DNA of 64,000 nucleotides from a bacterium. GTDB taxonomy: Bacteria; Patescibacteriota; Minisyncoccia; Phycocordibacterales; PALSA-1337. Positions 17,252 through 27,199 of this stretch are shown one piece after another. The number at the start of each line of letters is the position of its first letter. Within the stretch, counting starts at the first letter, position 1. The notes under the pieces were generated by a model. It worked only from the letters and a program-made list of their open reading frames with translations, made no database searches and was not told where the DNA came from. The stretch covers positions 6,543-70,542 of the forward strand of contig JANXZK010000010.1 of the NCBI GenBank assembly GCA_025355565.1. Reading direction: 5' to 3'. The translations under genes and the position numbers were made by a program.

Positions 17252-18673
17252 CTACTCGATCTCCATCGTACCCTTCTCATAGATCTTGAGCGGTAGTGAA
17301 GCTAGGTTTTCAATGATGGGAGTGATGAATCTCCAAGAAGCCATGATTTCTTCGGTCGATGCGAACAATGTCTGGTCGCCAGCGAAGGCGTCACGGAGCA
17401 ATCTCTCGTAGTCATTCGGTATCGCGTCATAGAATGAGGACACATCCGCATATTTGAATCGCAAAGTCTTTGGTTCCACGTCAAAGCCATAGCCAGGCGT
17501 TTTCACATTGAATTTGATCTTGATGCACTCATCAGGTTGGATCCTGAACGTGAGAATATTGGGAAAATCTGTCGAGCTCTTTTTAAATTTCTTGAAGTAG
17601 ATGTCGATCTCTGCTTTTGATTCGGAAAGCGCTTTGCCGCTTTCCAGGAAGAATGGCACACCATTCCACCTAGCGCCGGTGACCTCGGCTCTCACTCGGA
17701 AATATGTTTCCGTATTGGATAGCGGCTTCACTCCCTTTTCCGACAGATAGCCAGCATATTGACCTCTAACAACATGTTGTTTGACTTTTCGCGGAGAGAT
17801 CCTTCGCAATGATTTTAGGATTCTGGCACGTTCCGCGCGGATCTGATCCGCGGAAAAATTGTGAGGGTTATTCATAGCGACGATCGCTAACATTGCCAGA
17901 AGATGATTCTGACCAACGTCCTTTAGTGCGCCAATGGGGTCATAGAATGCGCCACGGTCACCGACTGCATCATTTTCGTACAATTTGATATGCACTTTGT
18001 CGATATACTGCTTGTTCCATATCGGCTCAAACATTGGGTTTGCAAAACGGAATGCTAAGATGTTCTGCAAGGCTTCTTTGGCTAGATAATGGTCGATGCG
18101 GAAAATCTGCTTTTCCTTGAACAATTTACCTAGCATCTTATCGAGCGATCGCGCGGTGTTTATGTCATTACCAAATGGTTTTTCGATGAGTACTCTGGTC
18201 CAGCCGGTCATATCATCGCATGGTAGGGTCAATTTGGAATTTGCCAAATGCGTCAATATTCCCTCGTATAGATCCGGAGGCACGGACAGGTGAAAGATCT
18301 TGTTCGAGCATTGCCCCCAACGGTCATCTATACTTTGGAGACGCAACGACAATCTCTCATATGCTGATGGGTCATTGAATAGCCCTTGTTCATATGTCAT
18401 ATGGTCGAGAAAATGTTTGATATCTTCTTCTCGAAATTGTCCTGGGCGGATGTTCAAATGTTCCCGGATCAGCTCTCGGAATTCCTCCCTACTGAACGCC
18501 CTACGAGAAAATCCCACGATTGCAAAATTTTGCGGCAGCAATTTCTTTGAAAATAATTCGAGCAATGCAGGCAGTAGTTTCCTGCTGGCGAGGTCCCCAG
18601 TGATACCTAGTATCACGAATATCGTCGGGTGTAATGTTACAGGGTCTGTCTGTTTGGGCGGTTGGATAGTCAT
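17252..18673 (-). CDS. zwf: Glucose-6-phosphate dehydrogenase
   Basis: G.TGDLA.RKL, EKPFG, RIDHYLAK and QNHLL motifs. Confidence 0.96.
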   Translation of the reverse strand: MTIQPPKQTDPVTLHPTIFVILGITGDLASRKLLPALLELFSKKLLPQNFAIVGFSRRAFSREEFRELIREHLNIRPGQFREEDIKHFLDHMTYEQGLFNDPSAYERLSLRLQSIDDRWGQCSNKIFHLSVPPDLYEGILTHLANSKLTLPCDDMTGWTRVLIEKPFGNDINTARSLDKMLGKLFKEKQIFRIDHYLAKEALQNILAFRFANPMFEPIWNKQYIDKVHIKLYENDAVGDRGAFYDPIGALKDVGQNHLLAMLAIVAMNNPHNFSADQIRAERARILKSLRRISPRKVKQHVVRGQYAGYLSEKGVKPLSNTETYFRVRAEVTGARWNGVPFFLESGKALSESKAEIDIYFKKFKKSSTDFPNILTFRIQPDECIKIKFNVKTPGYGFDVEPKTLRFKYADVSSFYDAIPNDYERLLRDAFAGDQTLFASTEEIMASWRFITPIIENLASLPLKIYEKGTMEIE

Positions 18674-18742
18674 GCGGCAATTATAGTCTGAAAGCAGTTG
18701 GCTCGCTAGTGGTACCCTTTATTACTAGCTACAAGGCACCTA

Positions 18743-18771
18743 TTGCTTTTTGCGTTGTAATGTGATATACT
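18743..18771 (+). promoter_or_regulatory. Sigma70 promoter
   Basis: TTGCTT-N17-TATACT with TG extension. Confidence 0.7.
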
Positions 18772-18905
18772 ATATAGAAATTAACCACATCCCCGACGCA
18801 TGTGCGTTGGAATATGGATAAGGTGGATTAGCTCCTTGAAAGTTTCAAGGCAGAACAAAAAACGAGTACGCAGTGCGTGCCGTTAATACGGAAAGGTAAG
18901 ATAGT

Positions 18906-19592
18906 ATGATCAGCGCGAAATTGAAAATTATCGGTGTAGCTCCTGAAGCTGTCAGCCGGTTGCATGAGGCTCTCAAGGCCTCGTTCGAACTCCCAGGCAA
19001 TCTCAAGTTCAATACAAACGGCTGTCCGAAGACGGTACCGCACGCCTATATCGAGGAGTCCAAGTTCAGCCCCGACCATGGCACGTACACAGTGTTTCTG
19101 TCGCTGAACCTGTCAGAATCCTGCGGTGAAAATGGCGAACGGCCGAGCCATGATCGTCCGGATTACATCGTCCGTCTTTCGGGCAAGAGCTTGCAGCATA
19201 TTTTTCAGGCCGTTGACCCGAACCTGTTGCCTGATGAAGAGGTGCCAGTTCCGGCCGATGACGCTTCGAAGGAAATCCTGCGCAAGCGGGAGGTGCAGCA
19301 GACCCGAAACAGAGCAGATCAGGAAATTGCAAACCTGTATGCCATGCTCGCTTACAAGCCGCTGCCGTGCGACGTCAAGAATCTGGACGGCCGGGTGATT
19401 GTCGAGGCTCGCACCGACGTTACGCACGACCACCTTTGGACTATCCGGCACTGGAACATGGATCCTCCTGTGCACAATCTTCGAGGTGATTACCTTGACC
19501 TCGAATCAGTAGCCGACAAGAAGGTCAAAGCCCTGCTTCGCCAAGCTCGGGAGATGGAGGATAAACTTGACGATATGGAGAAATCTGCCTAA
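18906..19592 (+). CDS. Hypothetical protein (228 aa)
   Basis: Has its own promoter, AAAGGT SD and a terminator at 19617-19639; appears more GC-rich than its neighbours. Confidence 0.75.
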   Translation: MISAKLKIIGVAPEAVSRLHEALKASFELPGNLKFNTNGCPKTVPHAYIEESKFSPDHGTYTVFLSLNLSESCGENGERPSHDRPDYIVRLSGKSLQHIFQAVDPNLLPDEEVPVPADDASKEILRKREVQQTRNRADQEIANLYAMLAYKPLPCDVKNLDGRVIVEARTDVTHDHLWTIRHWNMDPPVHNLRGDYLDLESVADKKVKALLRQAREMEDKLDDMEKSA

Positions 19593-19668
19593 ACCCAAAA
19601 CGGTCGTAAAATTTCGAAGCGCCTGACCAGCGCTTTTTTGCTGCTACAGTAATGATATAATTTTAGGT

Positions 19669-19866
19669 ATGAAAAAATTGGACGGAGTCACACTTCTCGA
19701 CACTGATCGCGTTGATATAGATAGACTGATTTTGGCGGCGAAAATATGCCAGAAGGATTTTGAGTTTGAGAAGGTGAGATTGCTCACATCAATAAAGTCT
19801 GATCACAAGGATATTTATAAAATCGCTCCAATCACCTCCAGATTTCTTCGGTATATAGTCCAATGA
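19669..19866 (+). pseudogene. 5' fragment of a DUF5672-like (glycosyltransferase-related) gene
   Basis: VTLL..D..DIDRLILAAKICQKDFEF..VRLLTS resembles that family's N-terminus (recall); it breaks off near 19838; leaderless TATAAT promoter. Confidence 0.5.
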
Positions 19867-19955
19867 GTAACTTGTTTGAAATTAATTTCCATTTAAGTTT
19901 ATAAGATTTTGTTTGTTCTCCTTCCATATTTTTATCAAAATTATCATTCAGGTTA

Positions 19956-22900
19956 TTACTCCTCATCCATACCGCCGACTCTGTTATCCTCTCCTTCCAA
20001 GTAATATCCGCTGGCGCGGTTATATCCGCCTACTTTGAAATATGCCGAATCCATATTTGCGATAACCAGATCGTTGTTAGACCGGCCTTGTACAACTTTC
20101 TTCATGCCAATGGAGCGAGCATATGACCCGATGTAAGATTTTAATGCATTAGTCATCTGATCCTTATATTTTGTGCTGTATTCCGTGTTTGCTTCTACGT
20201 TGTCCACAACAAATGCCTTTTCATCATCGTCGTCGATACCAACCCAACACCAAGCCGCGGCTACCGGCACTTTTTTCTTTTCATCATAAATTGCGACAAT
20301 TTGCATACCCAAATCGGTCATATAGTCCGCGATCGTCGATTCCTCGCCCATATGTTCGCTATCGATGCGAATGCAACAATCAGTGTAGTTACCCATGTAC
20401 AAATCTACATCCGGATTGCGATCCCAAAGACCTACCCTTAGTGTTGTTCCTTCCAGTTCATCTTCCCTCTTATCCTCGAGCGTTCTCCTTATGGTATCGA
20501 AATCAGTGGAGCAATGATCCAAAGGCTCGGCGATTTTTTCAGATATCTCTTGAGTCAAGGCAAAAGATCTTTCGCCTCCAAGTATCTGACCAAGATATTT
20601 TTGCCTATCAGTCAGGAAACTATTAACTTGAAGCGAAAACTTATTGGATTTATCTAGAATATCTGTCTTAACTTTTTCAATCTCACCCTTCATCTTCTGG
20701 ATCTCCTTGCGCTTCTCCCGCGGACCTACAGTCGACGCTTCCATTTCAACAATCTTCTGCTCTTGTTTTTTAAGAGCCTCGAGATTTGTTGCGATGTCGT
20801 TCTTTAGAACGGTAAAGCGCCCAATATCGCCTATGAATCGCGACCAAGCCGTGACCGTCTTAGGCGATCTGATCTGTTTTTCAAGATGTGCGATTCCTTT
20901 TTCCATACCCGCTATTTTTGCCGGTTTTTCACTGGGTCTTGCCGCTTCCAAATCTTGACGTAGAGTTTCCAATTTTTTGCGTAAAGCATCTATATCAGCT
21001 ACAGGTATTTTATGTGCCGTCAACTCTTTTTCGTATTCACCCATGACTTCTTTATGCACTGCTATGAATTTATCGACAGAATCAGCTATACGTTCTACTG
21101 CAGGCTTTATTTGCTCGGAGACCATGCCATCCTGCTTTCCAAGATCAAAGAATGATTCTTCCTCATAATTGAGCCATGATTCTACATCGATTCCAATCTT
21201 AGTCATCGTAGCCGTTATCTCCGAATTTCGGCGATAATCCGCAAGCTTGTTCTGCAAGGCTATTCTGAAATCTCGGGAGTTCGCATCGATTTCAGGCCTT
21301 TGCGCAAATATTTCTTGCTTGGCAAGGAAAAGCGTCTGGATATTACTTTTTGATAGCTTATCTAGCGAATCAAACTTAAAGAGAAGTTTCAAACCATATT
21401 GTTCGTTGTTCACTAATGCCTCTCCCAGGAAAGGATAGCTGTCCAAGGTGGCGAATATACACTCATCACCAATCTGCGAATATATCGAGAGAAAAGCATC
21501 AACCGAATTAGAATACTTCGTCGCCAGCTTTGGAAATTTCTCTTGGAGCTTTCCTATAAACGTCCTGGCCATTGGATTAGCTTCCATGATATTCGCCACG
21601 TTTATACCGAGCGAAAGATCGGACATAAGCTTGCGCGCATTTTCGATTTTTCTTCCGGACAACATTTTAAGAAATAGAGCTTTTCCCGCTCCCTGGACCG
21701 GTTCAGACTTTAAAAAATCTGGCGAAAGACTTTTAGACTGCGTCTCAATACTATACAAATTTCCTTGGTTAAGCGTTGCAATGAATGCTTTCTGCATGGC
21801 ATCATCCAAATCCGCCGAATCGATCTTAAGCTTGTAGGCATTTTTTACAGCCAGAGCTTTTTCATTCCAACCATTTGCAATGTATGAACAATACAATTCT
21901 TTCACTACCTCTTCGGTTTCCGTAGCTGTCAAATGGAATTCGTCATAGATTGTTTTTGCGGTTTCCTCACTATGGTTTTTTTCATTAGTAAGCCAATACT
22001 CGAACGACTTCAGTGCTAACCGCCGAAGTTGTATCTCTTTCAATCCAAATTCTTTACCGTACTTTCTTATCTCTGGAGCATGCGGGACGAAAAGATATTC
22101 GTTGGACGTTTTTTGGCTACCTAACCCTTGTTCGACGGTATGAGATGCAACACCAACATTCTCAATAAGGCAGTCAGCCATTACATTCTCCAGATATTCT
22201 TTGCTTAGGCCGAAAACTTCGAAAGTCTTTATGATTCTCGACAAACCCCTAAGTTGTGAGATATGTTCGACTTTCCGAAACTCACTGCGTATACTCTCAT
22301 CGAAGATTGACCGAATCAGTTCTTGATTTCTCAGAATCGAAATAAAATTATAGGCGCTGACAAATTCATGAACACCTTTCCCAGCATCTTTGTATCGTTC
22401 GGTAATTTGAAATGAAAGCCCATCATTATTACTCTTGAAATACTCACCTTCATATCCGTATGACGAATCGACCAGATGTGGCATGACTGGTTTGATCTTT
22501 TCGTCTATCATCTTCTTGATATCCTCTTGGACCGTTGGACTTTTTAGAAATTCCTCGCAATTGCCAAAATCAAGCTTATCCGAGATCAGCCTCATTTCGC
22601 GGCTGCTCTTATTACTCTGACCGGATATCGCATTCAAAATGATCTTCTCCTTAAGTTGTTTAAAGTGTTCGGAATCCAAAGCGCTTCTGGGGAACTTCGC
22701 ATTGCGCAAAAATTCCGCGATTGTACTCGGTTGCACGCCCTCCATATTTACTAGGAATGTCAGGTATTCGACTTGGGCGGTCACGACTTCAGCTGACTTC
22801 TTGAATTCCTCGGAAAATAGGAAATTCTCACACAAGTCATTCATCCTGAAAATAGAATGTGCGTCCTTTGTGTGCAATGAACTCAAATAACTAGTTCGGG

Positions 22901-24272
22901 CTTTCCTGTCTAGCTCCTCGTCGGTAAAACCAGACTTTTTGAGCTCTTCCCTGCCTATTTTGAGACTTCTAATAGTTTCACCCTTTATGTCCTGAAAATA
23001 ATCATCAACGTATTTTGAAACAATCACCTTAAGTCTATCTGACTTTAAAACTTCGTCCGAAACCTTCATCGACTTAGCATGCGACATCAGTCCTTCGACT
23101 CGATTATAAATTTTATGAGGATCGATCGTTTCGCTTCGATTTGATAATTCAGCGGTGGCATATTCAGACAATACATACGCACCATTCTCCACGTTGAGCT
23201 GAGCAACTTCTTCTTTAAACTTATCATCTACGAGTTTTTGAATCTCCGGATACTCGCTCAGATCTCCCGGGAAGAGAGGTGATCGCGACATAGACTCAAG
23301 TTTCCAATAATTATCACCGTTATCTTCAGGACGATAACCACTGTATGTACCACCTTTTTCAAATGTAATACCTCGAACAAACTCGGCAAATTTCTCCGCA
23401 ACTAATCTTTGTACATTTTTAGAATGTATCTCCGCTTCGCTTAAGTTGCTGACTTTTCTAGCAAACTCGATCTTTTCCTTGTAGGAAAAAGATGAAACTC
23501 CATCGGCTTCCAAGTAAGCAACAAAACCGCGCTCTTTAAGCGCTTCCAATTCTTTTGGTGAATAATCGAAACCCATCTCTTTCATCACCTTTGTCAATGA
23601 CGCTATATTTTGCGCGGGCATCACTTCTTCGTACTCCTTTGCAAATTTTTCGTAACGCGGACGATCCCAGTCACTCCTAATACTCGACGCTGTCTCCTGA
23701 CGTCCCCTTAACCCATAGCAAATATTCGCTTGATGACGCAAATATCCGTCTTCGACCACCTTTTTCAATTCTTCATCCGAAGTCTCTGTTTTCTCTTTCC
23801 ACTCTTTGATTTCATCGAAATAAGTACTGTTCCTATAAGTACTATATCGACCGTCATATGTCCTGTCGATAAGTTTGTTTATATAACCGCGAATCAAAGT
23901 GTCTTTGGTCTCCTTAACATCCGGCGAGTCCGTATGAAGACATTTTTCTATCGCTTCGAGTTTGCCCTCAATCTCGTGAAGATGGGTGTAGTGCTCGTCG
24001 TTATACTTTTTTATCTCATTGACAAGTTTGGAGAACGTCTTCAATCTGACCTGTTTCAATTCATCAGCCGGAACGGCCGTTGTATCCAAATTGTCAGCTG
24101 TTTCGAATTCTTTGGCCAGAATTGCACGTTCATACAGTTTCAGTATCTTTTGTGCTTTTTCTCTGCTTTCGGCAGACGCTTCAACCGGAGTCGTCTGAGC
24201 AAGAGATGGCATTGCCTCTTTGGTACCTCCACCGTCAATAGGATCAGGTGATAGCCTTTCAGTGCTGTTCAT
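19956..24272 (-). CDS. Large hypothetical protein (1438 aa), helical/coiled-coil body with a conserved-looking C-terminal alpha/beta domain
   Basis: 4.3-kb uninterrupted ORF; C-terminus WDRNP..DLYMGNYTDCCI...AAAWCWVG...VVDNVEAN. Confidence 0.9.
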   Translation of the reverse strand: MNSTERLSPDPIDGGGTKEAMPSLAQTTPVEASAESREKAQKILKLYERAILAKEFETADNLDTTAVPADELKQVRLKTFSKLVNEIKKYNDEHYTHLHEIEGKLEAIEKCLHTDSPDVKETKDTLIRGYINKLIDRTYDGRYSTYRNSTYFDEIKEWKEKTETSDEELKKVVEDGYLRHQANICYGLRGRQETASSIRSDWDRPRYEKFAKEYEEVMPAQNIASLTKVMKEMGFDYSPKELEALKERGFVAYLEADGVSSFSYKEKIEFARKVSNLSEAEIHSKNVQRLVAEKFAEFVRGITFEKGGTYSGYRPEDNGDNYWKLESMSRSPLFPGDLSEYPEIQKLVDDKFKEEVAQLNVENGAYVLSEYATAELSNRSETIDPHKIYNRVEGLMSHAKSMKVSDEVLKSDRLKVIVSKYVDDYFQDIKGETIRSLKIGREELKKSGFTDEELDRKARTSYLSSLHTKDAHSIFRMNDLCENFLFSEEFKKSAEVVTAQVEYLTFLVNMEGVQPSTIAEFLRNAKFPRSALDSEHFKQLKEKIILNAISGQSNKSSREMRLISDKLDFGNCEEFLKSPTVQEDIKKMIDEKIKPVMPHLVDSSYGYEGEYFKSNNDGLSFQITERYKDAGKGVHEFVSAYNFISILRNQELIRSIFDESIRSEFRKVEHISQLRGLSRIIKTFEVFGLSKEYLENVMADCLIENVGVASHTVEQGLGSQKTSNEYLFVPHAPEIRKYGKEFGLKEIQLRRLALKSFEYWLTNEKNHSEETAKTIYDEFHLTATETEEVVKELYCSYIANGWNEKALAVKNAYKLKIDSADLDDAMQKAFIATLNQGNLYSIETQSKSLSPDFLKSEPVQGAGKALFLKMLSGRKIENARKLMSDLSLGINVANIMEANPMARTFIGKLQEKFPKLATKYSNSVDAFLSIYSQIGDECIFATLDSYPFLGEALVNNEQYGLKLLFKFDSLDKLSKSNIQTLFLAKQEIFAQRPEIDANSRDFRIALQNKLADYRRNSEITATMTKIGIDVESWLNYEEESFFDLGKQDGMVSEQIKPAVERIADSVDKFIAVHKEVMGEYEKELTAHKIPVADIDALRKKLETLRQDLEAARPSEKPAKIAGMEKGIAHLEKQIRSPKTVTAWSRFIGDIGRFTVLKNDIATNLEALKKQEQKIVEMEASTVGPREKRKEIQKMKGEIEKVKTDILDKSNKFSLQVNSFLTDRQKYLGQILGGERSFALTQEISEKIAEPLDHCSTDFDTIRRTLEDKREDELEGTTLRVGLWDRNPDVDLYMGNYTDCCIRIDSEHMGEESTIADYMTDLGMQIVAIYDEKKKVPVAAAWCWVGIDDDDEKAFVVDNVEANTEYSTKYKDQMTNALKSYIGSYARSIGMKKVVQGRSNNDLVIANMDSAYFKVGGYNRASGYYLEGEDNRVGGMDEE

Positions 24273-24838
24273 CCCAAAATTGTAACATTTTGGACGATAA
24301 AATATAAGCTAGCTGTAATACTCTCTATCCACATGATACAAAATTTACCCTTCTACGCCCGACACCTGGCGCCGAGCGAACGCGAGAAGCAATGATTCAG
24401 GAGTAGTCAGGATTTTCAGCGAAAAAAGTTCGAACTTTGTTCAGGAAGACGATAAATAAAAAAACAAAAACTTTTACATCTTCCAGAAACATCGTCTCTA
24501 TCGTTATTATCGTCTCACTCTTAAAAAATAAGCTACAGAAAACAAAAATCTCCAGCTTCCTTCTAATCTTTTTACGGCTTCCTCTGCATTCTGAGTTAAG
24601 TCCGCTCGGGCACTCATCTTAAGAAAACGACAAAAACGCTTGGTATAAGTATCACGATACCATATTCGATTGATGTCAGTCCGACGATTGATCAGCGTTG
24701 TTCTCATAAAAATCAGCCAGACTGAATTTGGCAAAGCATTTCGAGTTCTTTTTGCTTCAACCTCAGATTAAGCAATAAACATCCTTCAAGTACAAAGTCA
24801 GCCCTAGCGGTTCATAGTTATGATATAATGATATATTC

Positions 24839-26410
24839 ATGGAGACGAATATTCATCTCATCATTCACAATATCGGCGCAGTGGTTTCCATCGTGACTAG
24901 TCTCGGAATAGTTGTGTTTGTGATCGTCAACAATCACAAAAAAACAGTCAACATAGTTCTGGCATTGACCAATCTTTCGGTTGCCATATTCGTCATTTCG
25001 CATCTCATTGGTGTGACTATCAGTGACCCACATCTCTCCCGTTTCATTTTATTTTTTAATTTGAGCGTTATCTTTATAGTCATATTTACGCTTCACACTG
25101 TTTTTGCCATCATAAATAAATTGAATGAGAGGAGGGGGATAATAATCTTCATATATATCGTTGGTATAATACTCACGATATTTTATATCATATTTCCCGA
25201 TTCGTTCCTTATAGACTCGGTGCCAAAAATGTATTTTCCCAATTACTATAATCCTGGACAATTTCACTGGGTGATGAGGGTCATATTCAATATTCTGGTT
25301 CCGCTCTATCTGTATTGGGAGGTGATCGATTCGTACAAAAATGGCAACAAAGCAAAGGATAGTAATAGAATCAAATATTTTTTGTATACGATGGTCTTCG
25401 GGTATGTTGTCGGATCCATCCCGATATTCCTAGTCTATAACGTATTGATCGATCCTGCCTGGGGAATCTGGTTCGTCCCTATCTATGCCATCCCGCTTGT
25501 GTATGGAGCGGTCACCTACGATATGGTGGATGTAAAGATCATCGCTCGAAAAGCTTTTCTCTATAGTTTGGCGATAGCTGTTATCGGCGTACTCATCGCT
25601 ATGATCAATCTAGCAAATCAATTCCTCCAATTTTACTATCCAGGATTCCCATTCTGGGCTATTCCACTACTGTCATCTTTGGTCGCTGTCGTGATCGCTG
25701 TCTTTGTGTGGAAGAAACTGCGTGAAGGAGATCTACTGAAATATGAGTTCATAACTATTGCCACGCACAAGTTCCGTACGCCTCTTACTCATATAAAATG
25801 GGCTACGGAAAATCTAACGAAGATCCCCATGCAACCAGAAGGCAGAGAACAGCTCGATTACATAACCAACGCAAATGGAAAGTTGATAGAGCTCACCAAC
25901 CTACTCGTCCGTGTTTCCGGATCATCTAATGATGGTTACTTCTATAGATTTGAGAAAACGGATATATCTAAGTTGACCAAAGAGGTCCTTACATCACTCG
26001 TGAGTCAATTACAGGCAAAAAAGATCCATGTAGAATCATATTTCGAATCAGATCTCTATGCTTCTCTCGATATATCTCGCATCAGGTTCGTTATCCAGGT
26101 CTTTATCGAGAATGCTATCCAATACACCATGAACCAGGGGATGATCACTGTAAGAGCGACCAGAGTCAACAAGGATGTTGTCTTTTCTGTGCATGATAGT
26201 GGTATCGGTATCAGCGCGGAGGAGATCCCCCTTTTGTTCACAAAGTTCTATCGCACCAAAGAAGCTAAACTGGCTGATACAGAAGGTATGGGCATTGGTC
26301 TGTTCATTTCTAGTGATACCATCGCGAGACATCATGGTCGTATCTGGGCAGAATCCGCAGGACTCAATAAAGGCAGTAGTTTCTTCTTTTCACTACCCTG
26401 TTCGAAGTAG
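24839..26410 (+). CDS. Multi-pass membrane sensor histidine kinase
   Basis: About 9 TM segments; H-box THKFRTPL, ENAIQY, DSGIGI, FTKFYR and GMGIGL motifs. Confidence 0.93.
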   Translation: METNIHLIIHNIGAVVSIVTSLGIVVFVIVNNHKKTVNIVLALTNLSVAIFVISHLIGVTISDPHLSRFILFFNLSVIFIVIFTLHTVFAIINKLNERRGIIIFIYIVGIILTIFYIIFPDSFLIDSVPKMYFPNYYNPGQFHWVMRVIFNILVPLYLYWEVIDSYKNGNKAKDSNRIKYFLYTMVFGYVVGSIPIFLVYNVLIDPAWGIWFVPIYAIPLVYGAVTYDMVDVKIIARKAFLYSLAIAVIGVLIAMINLANQFLQFYYPGFPFWAIPLLSSLVAVVIAVFVWKKLREGDLLKYEFITIATHKFRTPLTHIKWATENLTKIPMQPEGREQLDYITNANGKLIELTNLLVRVSGSSNDGYFYRFEKTDISKLTKEVLTSLVSQLQAKKIHVESYFESDLYASLDISRIRFVIQVFIENAIQYTMNQGMITVRATRVNKDVVFSVHDSGIGISAEEIPLLFTKFYRTKEAKLADTEGMGIGLFISSDTIARHHGRIWAESAGLNKGSSFFFSLPCSK

Positions 26411-26482
26411 CGCAGTACAGTCCTCGTATTTCCAGCCATTGTCATGTCTCGAAATATACTCAGACTTTTCTCGCCCTATGAT

Positions 26483-26508
26483 GCGAGCCAAGCAGTTGGC
26501 TCGCTAGT
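26483..26508. repeat. Small palindrome; half-copy at 18692-18710
   Basis: GCGAGCCAA-gcag-TTGGCTCGC; the 19-mer AAGCAGTTGGCTCGCTAGT is identical at both sites. Confidence 0.7.
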
Positions 26509-26522
26509 AGTATGCGGATATG

Positions 26523-26596
26523 TGCACCCTAGAGGGCTCGAACCTCTGACCTCACCCGTGTGAAGGGCGCGCTCTAGCCAACTGAGCTAAGGGTGC
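26523..26596 (-). tRNA. tRNA-Val(CAC)
   Basis: GCACCCT/AGGGTGC acceptor; anticodon arm CGCCC-TTCACAC-GGGTG; GGTTCGA; CCA not encoded. Confidence 0.93.
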
Positions 26597-26606
26597 TCTA
26601 TATTTG

Positions 26607-26677
26607 TCGGGGTGCCGGGAATCGAACCCGGACCTCACACTCCCGAAGCGTGTATACTACCACTATACTACACCCCG
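26607..26677 (-). tRNA. tRNA-Pro(CGG)
   Basis: CGGGGTG/CACCCCG acceptor; CACGC-TTCGGGA-GTGTG; GGTTCGATTCC. Confidence 0.93.
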
Positions 26678-26712
26678 ATTTAACCACCAAAGCTATGAGC
26701 CAAGGCTGGTTG

Positions 26713-26785
26713 TGGACCATAGCGGACTCGAACCGCTCACCTCACCCATGCCATGGGTGCGCTCTACCAGATGAGCTAATGGCCC
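26713..26785 (-). tRNA. tRNA-Ala(GGC)
   Basis: G3:U70 pair; CACCC-ATGGCAT-GGGTG; GGTTCGAGT. Confidence 0.93.
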
Positions 26786-26875
26786 AAAACTATGTTTGAT
26801 AATGTATCACAAATTGAGATTTATTCAAAAATGAAGTATCCTTTTCATGAGGGTATATCATCGCTCCATTCATTC

Positions 26876-26946
26876 GGGCCTATAGTAAAGTAGCATTACG
26901 CAGCATTCGCATTGCTGAGGCGGGGGTGCGATCCCCCCTAGGTCCA
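26876..26946 (+). tRNA. tRNA-Ala(CGC)
   Basis: GGGCCTA/TAGGTCC with G3:U70; CAGCA-TTCGCAT-TGCTG; atypical T-loop TGCGATC. Confidence 0.85.
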
Positions 26947-26988
26947 CAAAAATAAGGAGCACAGAGGAGCGAAGCGACGAAGTGCGAC

Positions 26989-27144
26989 TATATTTTTGTA
27001 GGATGTCGCTGTAGCTTTGCGAAGGCGACGCCACAATGATGATATATTTTTGTAGGATGTCGCTGTAGCTTTGCGAAGGCGACGCCACAATGATGATATA
27101 TTTTTGTAGGATGTCGCTGTAGCTTTGCGAAGGCGACGCCACAA
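26989..27144 (+). repeat. 54-bp tandem repeat (about 2.9 identical copies), each unit palindromic
   Basis: TATATTTTTGTAGGATGTCGCTGTAGCTTTGCGAAGGCGACGCCACAATGATGA starts at 26989, 27043 and 27097. Confidence 0.95.
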
Positions 27145-27199
27145 AAATCTGATATAATGAATCAGTCCTTTTATTAATTATCAATAGTAATTTCATCAA

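Noticed and set aside
24437-24734. Transposase or integrase remnant ORFs
   Set aside because: No catalytic motif recognisable in the frames examined.
26989-27144. CRISPR array
   Set aside because: Units are identical end to end with no unique spacers, and there are no cas genes in the window.
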